A stretch of DNA of 63,328 bases, the filler included, from Craspedostauros australis (taxonomy: Eukaryota): NCBI GenBank assembly GCA_030167865.1. It is 12 parts of 12 records of this genome, joined end to end, with 100 filler letters (N's around TTAATTAATTAA, not from the genome) between each part and the next. Parts side by side here need not be neighbours in the genome. Positions count along the whole stretch, not along the records: positions 1 to 9,569 come from JALAGF010000949.1; positions 9,670 to 14,206 come from JALAGF010000952.1; 10 more parts are not named here. One strand, written 5' to 3'. Shown here piece after piece: positions 1 to 10,741 of the stretch; positions within the stretch are counted from its first letter, which is position 1; each line of letters begins with the position of its first letter. The position numbers were made by a program, and so were the translations under genes. Below the pieces are notes generated by a model that did no database searches, was not told the DNA's origin, and was given only the letters and a program-made list of their open reading frames with translations.

Positions 1-222
1 ACGCCAATCCTGGAGAAACAACAATCAAGAGTTTTGAGGACACAAAAGCGCCTCTCCGCGATAACGCTGTGTGGAAGTCGAAAACACATTATCAGTACCA
101 CCTCAGCTGGCCGATGCGAACACACAAAATGTGACAAATGTGGCACATCGATCCAAATTTGTCACATCAATGTGAAGTGCCAAATTTGTCACATCGGGGG
201 CCCAAAATCTCATTAGGGATAT

Positions 223-393
223 CCGTAAGGAATTTTTCGGGACTGGTGAATCCACTTAGCCGTAAGTGGACTCATGAGTCCACTTATTTTCCTATTTCGT
301 GCACAGGGGTCGTAAATGGACTGGTGAGTCCACTTACCCAGTATTTGACAAAAATAACGACTACTTCGATTAAAATCATTTCAAACGATTTCT
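223..393. repeat. Left terminal region: TIR, ~98-bp block (240-337) repeated directly at the right end, and inner inverted repeat (338-393)
   Basis: 240-337 matches 6737-6833 in the same orientation. AAAATAACGACTACTTCGATT...TCAAACGATTT is the reverse complement of sequence at ~6682-6738. Confidence 0.9.
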
Positions 394-629
394 CCCGAGA
401 CTCACACAATCGACTTCCGATTCTCGTTTTACTCGTATCACTGCGTGTAAACTCCTCATCATGGCGATGTTGTATTCTGTATCAACCCATCCCTTTTGCT
501 CACTTCCTCTACCACACGAGTGTTCATGTTTCATCCCAAGCACCTTTGTCTGTGGTTGTTTTCGAACAGTGCCGTTTTGTGTTGTCCTCATGTACTATTC
601 TTATAATATGTCGCTATTATGTATCTCGT

Positions 630-3600
630 TCAATTTGCACGATTTCGTTTCTTTGTATTGCGTCCATGACTAATGATGCCCGCCGATCGGCTTTGAAGCC
701 TAGCTTCCGCTGCAGCTCGTCTTGCCGCTTTCATTGCCTCATCAAGGTTGACTACCGTGTGCCTGCATTTGTCGCTTCTGAAGCTCGTAGCACGGCGCTT
801 TCGTATTTGGGATTCCTCACCGGTGTTTGATGGAGCGTCGTTGGTGACTGGTGGAGTGATGTCAGGGTATGTTGGCATCGAAATCCCTGCTGTGTTCGAC
901 TCTACTGATGAAGCATCGCCTTTGTCGCTGTCGCTCTTGCTGTGGTTGTCGTTGTTTGGTGGATTGGTTCCTTGTTTCTTCTCCCGAGCAAACTGCGCTT
1001 TCACCTTCTCAGCCCAGTTGACCCCTTCAGTGTGAGCGATGCGATGACAGCAGTTCTGGATGATGATAGCATTGGCGCCCTTCGTTACGTTCATGAGAGC
1101 GACGGTCGGGGGGATGCCACATTTCTGCAACCATTCTTGCTTCTTTGGCTTGATGTATCCACATGCAAATATATTGCATCCTGGACAAATCCATTTGGTT
1201 CGTGCATTGCACACAATACACGTACCCCTTCCCTCGGTGATGTACCTAGGGATGTGTGTTCCTTCTGTGATGCGTTTCTTCATTTTCTCTTCCTCGTTCG
1301 ACTGCATCGTTGGCATGTTACCAAGAATTCCTTTAATCTTTGAAGGTCGTTGTGGTGAGCCCGCGGGTTGCATCTCTCCATCATTCACTGCAGGTATTCC
1401 ATCTAGTAGGACAATTGTCTTGTGGACCACCTTCTTCTTCCCAGTATTCTTCTTGTGCTGCTTGTTCTCGTCGGCAACTGCAATATTCAACAGCTTCCGC
1501 AGTCGCGCGATGATTGCGCAGATAGATCGTTTGAAACTCCAGTCATGGTTCACCCTATTGCGGTAGTGTTCGATGGTGTCATCAGGTTGCACATGGAATC
1601 TTCGTTCCGATCGCATTCCTCGAGTGTGTTGAATCAATCTGTGGAGAGCGACAAACATGGTTTGAACCTGGCGACCGACAGCAACAGATTGCAAAGTTGC
1701 TTTGGGCGGAGGAGCTTCGTGTTGGCGGATCATCTTTGTTGTTATGTCGGAGCCACCTTTGAGAGAATTCCAAACTGCACAGTTGTAGGGAAGGAATGTC
1801 TTCACTGGCGGGACAGGGAAGGTCAACCTGGAGTGGCATGCTTGCCAGATCTTTACATGATGAAGAAGATCTTCGGCACTGAGCTTCCACAGATTCTTGC
1901 TTGCTCCGCGGAACTTGTTAGTGGTTGGATCGGCATTCAGGAAGTCTGTCATCAGTGTGCGCGAAGATTCTTCAGTTGAGTTTGGAGCGATGGCAGGGTA
2001 GGCAAATGCGAGCACCATACGAAACAAATCCTCCAGGATGATACCGTAGTGCATGAGGAGGGAGGGTGAGAACCTTGTACCAATACTGCGGATTCTTGCA
2101 GCATTCTTGTCTCCTTTGGATGACAGCGGGTATTCAGAACACAAAAGAAGCGAAAGAAAAGAAGGCGGGGCAGTTGGAGGAAGTTAGAACATGTATATTG
2201 CGTTGGGTGTGAATGTACGGCGAGTGCTGTTTCAGTCCTGTATGTTGTTATCGTACTTACCAATCACCATCAAAGCCCCCTTCACACCATATACGTATGC
2301 ATGATGAAGCAATTGAATCATTTCCTCATCACGCTGGAAAACTGCTCTGAACTTCGAGTCTTGTGCGTCCAAGTATATGTGGGTGTTTCGTGGGAGACCA
2401 TGCTGTTCGTTGGCAGCTTGTTGATGTGCCTCTTCCATCTGCTTTGTTCCTCGCTTCGTCCGAGTCTTCATCTCAACAACAAAGATTTCGTCCTCCATGT
2501 CGTTGGTTTGGTTACCAACGATGCAAAGGAAGTCCACTGATGCGCCAGCATATTCCTTTCCCTTCTTGGTCACCAAACCTGCACGAAACGCGGCCTTGAT
2601 GTGCTGGTCCCTCCCACCCGCATGTTTGCACTCCAGTTGAGCTTTCATTAGCGGCTGCTCACAGGCATGTCCCAATCGTGTGTACACATTTGCAGTCCCA
2701 CGCTGAGGCTTCATAAACCATGCCTGCATGGCTGTCTTTGCAAGCTCCTGTTTCAATGAGAGTAGCTTTGCGCGTTTGGATGACTCTCCATCTGTGCGAC
2801 AGTCTGAACACTGGTTGGCTACGATGGATGTAGAGGCCGCTGTGCTCCGGTTCTCCTTAGATTCTCTTGTCACTGTTGATGTCTGCTGTAACGCTATGCC
2901 ATTCTTTGCCTCTGCGGTTTTGTTCTCGTGTGGGGCCAGAGCAATCTCATTTCCCTCGTCATCGTCAATTTGGGGAAGTAGTTCGTCGCTCTCTGGTTGA
3001 GTCGACAGCAACGCGGACGGCCGACTTGAGGAACCACCCCTGGTGGTGGATGGTTGTGCAGCTGTAGGTGTGTTGTGGGATGGATCAGATGTAGACAAGG
3101 CAGTGGATGCATCACATCCTCTGGCCAGGATTGATGTGCTTGAAGTGGATGTATTCGAATTGGATGCATTGGATGTGGACGTGTTGGACGTGGATTTAGT
3201 TGAAGAGGAGGTGTTCGAAGATGAAGGATCTGAAGATGTAGTGTCGGAAGATGATGTGTTGGATGCGGATGTGTTGGATGTGGATGTATTCGACGAAGAC
3301 GAGTTCGAAGATGATGCAATCGAGGATGATGTGTTTGAAGATGATGTATTCGAAGATGATGTAGTCGAGGATGATGTGTTGGGAGATGCAGTGTTTGAAG
3401 ATGTGGTCTCCGAAGTAGAGGATTTTGAAATGGTCTGTTGGGATGTGATCTTTGTGGAGACTCTGGATCCACGTTGGTTGGATGCAGAAGTTATGGAGGA
3501 GGAGGAGGATCTGCTGGAGGAGGCACTTGACAACAACTTGCTGGGCTTCGACCTTGCGGCAGTGGTTCCGCTCTTGTTGCTGAATGACTCTGTCCTTGTT

Positions 3601-6354
3601 GCAGCATGACGGGATCTGGCCGTGCTTGAAGTGGATGATCGAGTTGAGATCTTGCGCGTGGAAGTGGTGCTTGTACCAGATGCCCGAGAGGCAGAAGAAC
3701 TTAACAACGATGCGGCTCGTGGAGGAGGCTTTCTGGCGTTCGACCTGGGTGTGTGTGCGTTTGACGTTGAGTTGGGTGGTTTCTTCCTACCTGCGGTAAT
3801 AACGGCGGTTGTGGTGGTGGAGGATTGGGATGAAGGTGTAGTGCCGGACTTCCCATCAGGCTGGCGGCTCGCAACGATGGCTTCTGTACTGCCAGACGAA
3901 TTTGATCCATCATCTTTTTCCAGGCCAGCTGCGACAGATGGAGATTGGTCTTTTCTGTTGATGCATTTCGATGGCGAGCCTGTGTGATCTGCTGATACCA
4001 GCACGTTGATCATGGGGCCTCTTTGCTTGATATCCATCTCTTTGTTCAACCTGCTGGAGCACAATCCTTGGAGTGTCTTGGATGTCATTGCACAATACCT
4101 GCGGGTGGTCGGATTGCTTGTACCCAGCACCATCTTGAGCTTGTTGCGCAGAGTGCTCACAGGTCTCTTGTTGGTGTCAGCGCAAAACAGTTGCGCCAAA
4201 GCAGAGAGACTCAGGTTCACATGTGGGGGCGAATCTTCGTCCCAAACCTCGACGCTGGCACGAAGGTCCCTCTCGTAGGGGGATGACAGATTTGCGTTGG
4301 TGGTAAGTTTGTTGTAGATGCGATGAGAGTGCGCGAGTGCTTTCTCCGAAGCCTGCTCGTCACGTAGCTTTTGCATTGTAGCTTCTGGATCGATACCCAC
4401 ATACCGAGCAATGGATCTCCACGACTGTATGTGGAAGATGCCCTTGTTTTCTGGTTTGCACCACTCGGTGCAATCCAGGACGCTCTTCATGAGCTTATAT
4501 GTTGAGGAACTTGTCAAACAGAACTTTCGAAGCATGAACCAAAGAGGATCTCCTTGGGCACACGTAAGGCCATGGACTTGGAGTTCATGAATCTTGGTCT
4601 TCCATGCCTTCTCGGCTGCGGCAACTGCTTCTGTGCAGTGCATTGATGCTTGTGCTTGTTGTTCGTCATCATCACCAGACGCGTTGCTTGCGTTGTTGTC
4701 AAGAAGGTTGCGATCAATACTGTTGGCAACAGCGTAGGCTGCAGATACGGAGGATGATCGGTGTGGAGAGGAATACAGCAACGAAAAGAACTGGTGGAAG
4801 CTGTTATCTCGGAAGTCGGCGTCAACAGTGGCAGCAAGTCGGGCGTTGTACTGTTTTTCGTCCGACGCATGCTTCAATGTAAGATCCCAGGAAAATCCGT
4901 GTGGAGTGGTAGACACAGTGAGTACAACCTTCCCATTGTCACGGTAGGCAACACACTCGAAAGGTCTACCTGCGATCTCTTTTGTCACAGCAACCCAGAG
5001 CCGTTTTGGACCAAATTGTTCAATGTGGATCTGTTTCTTGCTAATAGTTCCATGCGGGCCATATCCGAATGGCAGATAGCCCGTGCGTTTATGTGTGCCC
5101 TGGATGTGTGCGCCAAGCTGGAGAAGGCGGAGGACAAGCTTTAGGTCGATGAAACCTCGGTCCATCATCAACAGGATGTCGTCGAGTTGATTCGCATCAT
5201 CCAGAAACTGATCTTGAACCACCTCCATGGTTGATTCGCAGTTGTCCGCATGGCGCTCACGAAGAAACGCCATAGCGCAAGGCATCGCTGATGCAGTGAG
5301 AACTGCCGCAATCGCAACAGGGCTGTATGAATGTGCAGGGTAGAGATGACAAATGGTTGGTGAGAAGAGAAATTGAAAATGAGCAGCAACAACAGCCAAC
5401 GAACATGCCATCCACTTACCCAGGTCTGTTTGATTGTGTGTGTCGTTTAATAGTCAGGCCACTGGTTGCTCCACGACTATGAGAGTGCACCTTGTCGTCA
5501 TCCAAGGTAATTACGCCCCGATTTTTCATGTTTCGGAGTACAAGTCTCTCCAAGACCATGTTGCAACTCTTCTGCAGCTCACTCCAAAAGTACTTCTTGC
5601 GTCTGTAGTTTGTTTGTCCGTCCTTTTCAATTCGACTCCACAACTCATTGTAGACAAGAGCCGAGGGAAAACCGTTTATGTGTTCAACATTTTCTGTTGC
5701 ATACAGTTCCTTGCAGGTGCACTTGTGCTTCACCTGATATGCAAATGCAAGAAGGAATTGGAGGTACTCCTTTGGAGTCATCTTCACGGGAGTGATGGAA
5801 AAGGACGACATGTAGATGGGAGAGCCAAGGCCAAAGAAGAGGTCGACCAATTGAGAAATTGTTGGATTGGGGGTGTTGCATAGGTCAGCTGCGGAGGATT
5901 GCAACTGAGAAACCTCCTCCTGCAGCAATCGATGTGTGTGCCGTCGAGCTTTTCCCACTGTCACATCAAATTCTGCAGTGGTGGGATCCAACAGTTTCCA
6001 TTTGAGATCCATCGATGCCAACCTTTCCTTCTCAGTCAACTCGACATGGGAAGTGCCACCACAGTTGACATTGAAGTTACTGGCAGCATCCTCCACCGGG
6101 ACAGCCATGGCAGGGATCAATGAAGCTGCAGTTTCTCCCCCAGCAACATGATTCTTGCCAATTTTGTAAACACCCAAGTCAATGTTGTCGGCATTGACAT
6201 CACTTGAATCAGAAATGGATTCCGAATCACTTCCACTGTTCAGGTCATCTGGTGCATTGTAGACTCGGTCTTCAATGAGGATTGTATCCTTGACCTCGTC
6301 ATTGCTGTCACCAGTTGTGTTGAGGAGATGCCGAATTGTTCCAGAGCTACTCAT
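630..6354 (-). CDS. piggyBac-like DDD transposase with inserted YqaJ/lambda-exonuclease domain and C-terminal Cys-rich domain (~1826 aa; exons 6354-5420, 5322-2261, 2113-630)
   Basis: piggyBac-type motifs: ITLDDDK, MMDRGF, GAHIQGTHKR, AYRDNGKVVLTVST, WNSLKGGSDITTKM and CIVC...CPGC...C. YqaJ motifs: QGDPLWFMLRKFCLTSS, LGHACE, GASVD, VEMKT and IQLLHH. Two GTAAGT...AG introns (5419-5323, 2260-2114) join the three ORFs in frame, giving 5481 nt = 1827 codons. Confidence 0.85.
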
Positions 6355-6681
6355 GATGTGATCAGGTTGGTATGTTGTGCTGATCGGAGGTGGAGGAGTT
6401 GATGGCGCAACCTCTGGTGGACGGAGGTGACCAAAGAGCTTGGAATGACAGCACACAATCGAATTGGCAGTGGCCGTAACTGCAGATGGCACAGGAAACG
6501 ATGGTGTAGTACGAAGCCAGCAGCGGATGAAATGCCAGGTGTGTAATGTGATGTGATGTGATGCAATGGATGTGATGTGATGCGACGGATGTGATGCAAT
6601 GAATGTGCTTTGATTGTCAAAAGCAGAACACACAACAACATCAAGATCTCAACGGGTGCGAACAAGTGTTCGAGAGTGTGA

Positions 6682-6863
6682 AGAAAAATCGTTTGAAGTG
6701 CGTTGAATCGAAGTAGTCGTTATTTTCTCATTTACTGGACTGGTGAATCCACTTACGGTAAGTGGATCCACGAGTCCACTTATTTTCCTATTTCGTGCAC
6801 AGGGGTCGTAAGTGGACTGGTGAGTCCACTTACGAAAACGCCCACACAAAAAATTCCTTACGG
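6682..6863. repeat. Right terminal region: inner inverted repeat, direct-repeat block and TIR
   Basis: Counterpart of 223-393. Contains palindromic AGTGGA-N5/7-TCCACT motifs. Confidence 0.9.
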
Positions 6864-7183
6864 ATATCAGGCTGCGATGGTATCCAACAGTGTGGGTGGT
6901 GATGTTGTGACAGCTTCGGTGTTGCGTTGATTCCTCACGTTGTGGACGATTGGGCTCTGTTGTGTGCTTCCTCCCTTGTGTGTGTTGTGTCAAGTAGCAC
7001 AGTGTTGTTTGTGGCATCCCTACACGCCCACGTTCACGGCAACAGCAACACTTGCGACTACTATGCAGCATAATATTATAGAATACAATGGAGCACAGTG
7101 ACTCATCCCATGGTATGAAAAGTACACTATACTCTCCACAATATAATAGGATGTACATAGTGCTTATCTTAACAATCCGCAAA

Positions 7184-7873
7184 TGATGACAGGACAACCC
7201 TGAACGGGGCGATACGAGGAAAATGGTCGTGGAGAGAAATGGCGATGCATGGAAGGACTCAATGGATTGATGGACACTGATATAGTTGGGACACACTAGC
7301 CCGACCACCGTGTTAGAGACGCAAGTCCGAGTAAGTGGATCCTTATGTGAACAAAGTTGATTTGCTTGCTTAACACCAGGACTCACTGACATGTACAAAA
7401 CGTGCAACAAGGACACAGTGGATAACCAAGCAAGACGGGGTGCAAAATCAGACACTCGCTATGCTGTCGTGACGATCTGATCTTGCATCCTGTCCATCAC
7501 CATCTGCTCTGACGCGAGCAGCCCTCCATCTGCAAGTGTATCGCTTCCTTCTGTCATCTGTTGCTGTAACCAATCAGATTGTAGATCTCAACAAGACCGG
7601 AATGGCTCCTCCTTGCTCCGAATCAGAAGATTCGGGTCAGATCTCAAAGAAAGGATATACAGCAACTGCTTCACAAGGGTAGGTGCTGTCCTTTTTTATT
7701 CTGCCAAAGGACAGCTTATCCCATGGTTTTGCATCCTTGACTTTTCTATGGCTCCTCAAGCTGGACAACCTATCATCATATTCCCACTTTGATAGTAATA
7801 TTACAACCTATTCAATTACCCCTACAGTTCACATCGATTACTTTATCTACAGTTTCTTGCTTGAGTCTCAACA
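7184..7873. mobile_element. Solo LTR (690 bp) with 5-bp target-site duplication GCAAA
   Basis: Begins TGATGA and ends TCAACA (TG...CA). GCAAA lies at 7179-7183 and 7874-7878. No credible coding content. Confidence 0.7.
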
Positions 7874-8599
7874 GCAAACGGTTCATCGACCGGTTGAGAC
7901 CAAGCCTTCGCCGGGAACGTGCCCCAAAAGCACGGAACATTCACTGATTTAGTCTTTTGGGGCAGATTTGTATACGGGACTGATAGTCGTGACTTCAAAT
8001 CGGGGTGAACGAGGCTGACCAGTTGTGAAATTATGACCCTTACAACCACCTCCAATGTGACGATGAATTAGCCGAACGCGGGACATCCCCCTCCGCTATC
8101 GTTCTGATACATGCAAACAGATTTTATCAAAGGCCATGCCAACTGCTCAGGTGACGAACAAACCTGGATATCCCCATCGCCATCACTTAGCCTTGCGCGT
8201 CCTCTTGTGTTCGGGTCATTGCACACGAAGAGCCATTTCCCCTCCCCGACTTTCCCGCTTTCGCTGGAACATCTCCAAGTCGTTTTCTGAGGATCGTGGG
8301 CCGAACGAAAACCACAAGAACAAGATCAACGCGATCTTGGTGCCGGGCTTCACCCACTCACAAAGTGCGTGCATCACGCCACCGCAAACAAAAAGCAGGT
8401 GAAGTTGTAAGTGAAGGCTGAGAGCCAAAGGCAGAAGGGACAAACGCGCAACAAGGATCACAAAACCACGACGATCACTTTCAGTACCAGTATCAGCAGC
8501 CAGCAGCAACCAGTACGATTGTCACAGCGAGCACAAACGCACTCTGCGATACACAAGCACACTCCTCTCCGATCTGAACTCCGCAAACGCAACACCAAG

Positions 8600-9569
8600 A
8601 TGCCCATCATCTCCAAGGTCGCCATCTCGACGGTGCTCGGCGCCGCCTCAGTGCTGACGACAGCCAAGGCGCAGCAAGTCCAGCCGGAGCAGCGCAAACA
8701 CCATGCCCACCAGCAGAAGCGCAAGGATGAGAACGACAACGAGGAAGCGACGGAGGCAGCATTCGCCGAATCCATCGTTTTCGGCGGCCTCGGCTACGGC
8801 TCGGCATCGAAGGGTTCCAAGCGCGACGAGGCTGCCAAGAGCAACGGGAGCGACGGAAGCGACGGCACCCAAGCCAAGCAGGCGTGGGACGCCTTTGCGC
8901 AAGACAGCAAGGATTCTGCGTCCCAACTCCCCGTCGCCAGCAGGATCCAGGTGACCCAGTTCGGAGCCGTTCCGTCCGCTTCTCACGGTGCTGCTGTCGC
9001 CACAACCAGCGATGTCGGCAACCTGAGAGGTCACGGCGGCATCAACATCTTGGATGATGCCCCCAACATCGACAAGCAGCTGCACGACCACGCTCCCATG
9101 CTCAACAGCAAGGTCTGGTTCTCGGGGCATCAGGTGGACGGAATCCCCATGGCCAACCAGATGCACCGCCAGCAGAGGCGCAACATCCACCTGCCCCCGA
9201 GTCCGACCACGCCAACAGGACCCACCAGCCCCAGCGCCCCAACAGGAGCTACTGTCGACGCGACAGGAAAGGCAAGTAAGACCGGAAACCTCACATTCCT
9301 TCCAGTCAAGGGTCCCAAGGGTACCACGCCCGGCACGGGGCCCACCACACTACCTCCAGGCACCTGCTTCGAAGAAGTCAGGACCCGCTTCCAGCTTACC
9401 CCAAGCGGCAAGGCCATCAAGGGAGGCGCTATTGAGACTTACACCAAAATTATCTGCACCCCCGACGGCGAGGGCGGTGGGTTCTCGGAGGCCCCGAGCG
9501 AAACACCAACCGCAGATCCCGGCGCAGTGGTCTTTCCCTCCTCGGAGCCTTCGTTCGTCCCAACCGACA
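8600..9569 (+). CDS. Secreted Pro/Thr/Ser-rich protein with KxxK motifs, diatom cell-wall type; 3' truncated by contig end
   Basis: Signal peptide MPIISKVAISTVLGAASVLTTAKA; KGSK, KASK, KGPK and KAIK motifs; PSETPT/PSSEPS-type linker. Confidence 0.6.
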
Positions 9570-9669
9570 NNNNNNNNNNNNNNNNNNNNNNNNNNNNNNN
9601 NNNNNNNNNNNNNTTAATTAATTAANNNNNNNNNNNNNNNNNNNNNNNNNNNNNNNNNNNNNNNNNNNN
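9570..9669. other. Artificial contig linker N-TTAATTAATTAA-N. Also at 14207-14306, 16725-16824, 44594-44693, 46421-46520, 52821-52920, 53958-54057, 55432-55531, 56685-56784, 58710-58809 and 62080-62179
   Basis: Identical 100-nt spacer whose core has stop codons in all six frames. Confidence 0.97.
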
Positions 9670-10697
9670 AACCTCAGATGACGATATCATCTGACAGACT
9701 ACTGCATCACCAATGGAACGTGACATCTGGAGAGCAGAAGGACACCTACTGACATCGACAGGATGTCATCATGTCACCACGTCGACATCTGTCTCCAAGT
9801 CAGAGCAGGAGGCGAAGATCTGATGACCAAAGGACATCAGCATCATGGATACAGAAGGTGAACTTCAAATGGCGAGTACTCATGGAGTAGGAGCCAGTAC
9901 TGAATGAACGGAGTGTCGAATACGGAGTACGTATCGAACACGGAGTATCGTGCGCGACGAGCACACGATGTTGAGAGAGAGAGAGAGAATACAGAGAGGA
10001 ACGAGAGAGCATCTTGCGTACCGACTCATAGTCGGAGACTGAATCTACGAAACAGATTGAAGCACCGAGAGCATCGGGCAAGAGAACGGGCGTACACCGA
10101 GAGGATTGGAGTAGCCAAGTAATGAAATAGCAAACAGACGACTATCAACCAACACCATCTTCCATGATCGTAGGTTACCGTGCGCGGAACTTGCCAACAA
10201 ATGCAGCCAACCTGAATTCCATTGTCAGCCATACTAGCTGACAACCCTGCACAACAATAGCAAGGAGATCCTCCCTGCTTCAACACAAGCAGGGAATCCT
10301 ACTACAATTCCCGTGGCTTGACAACCTGTGCTCTCATTCACAACTTCAATCAAGGTGTCAAGGCCTTGTACTCGAACGTAGAATTACTACGATGAGATAG
10401 TGGAGAAAGAGAGAAAGAGAGGGATCGTCCGCTCTTGGCACTGAACCTCTGAAGGTCAGTACAGAGCCGCACTACTCAACTGATTATCGTTTCTTCATCC
10501 TACATCCCAAACTGATCATCTCACAATGCAGACTATTCAAATAACCAATAGCACAACTCAAGATCAGCACAACAACACTAATCTACTCATTGTCATTCAA
10601 TACTACTTCCCAGACGGTCGCCCCAAGTTGACTTCACCATCAGATTCTTTGAATCTGGCAGTCAGCTAGGCCTTCCCTTCCGGATCGTGTCACAACA
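9670..10697. mobile_element. Possible partial LTR or retroelement remnant
   Basis: Non-coding, at a contig start, ends CACAACA, and resembles the solo LTR at 7184 in style. The other end is missing, so no TSD test is possible. Confidence 0.3.
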
Positions 10698-10741
10698 GTA
10701 CACGAAAATCCAACTACTATCTTTACGTGTTTCTACTGCCT

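Larger units (their letters stand above)
223..6863 (-). mobile_element. piggyBac-related DNA transposon, apparently full length, encoding a transposase with an internal YqaJ exonuclease domain
   Basis: Left end CCGTAAGGAATTTTT (223-237) is the exact reverse complement of right end AAAAATTCCTTACGG (6849-6863). ATAT flanks both ends (219-222, 6864-6867). The interior is a single spliced transposase gene. Confidence 0.88.

Noticed and set aside
138..830. 230-aa plus-strand ORF, and the 268-aa ORF at 6649-7455
   Set aside because: Both cross transposon termini into unrelated flanking DNA, so they are spurious.
3043..3609. Acidic EDDV-repeat ORF on the plus strand
   Set aside because: Reverse-complement reading of the Ser/Thr repeat tract in the transposase.
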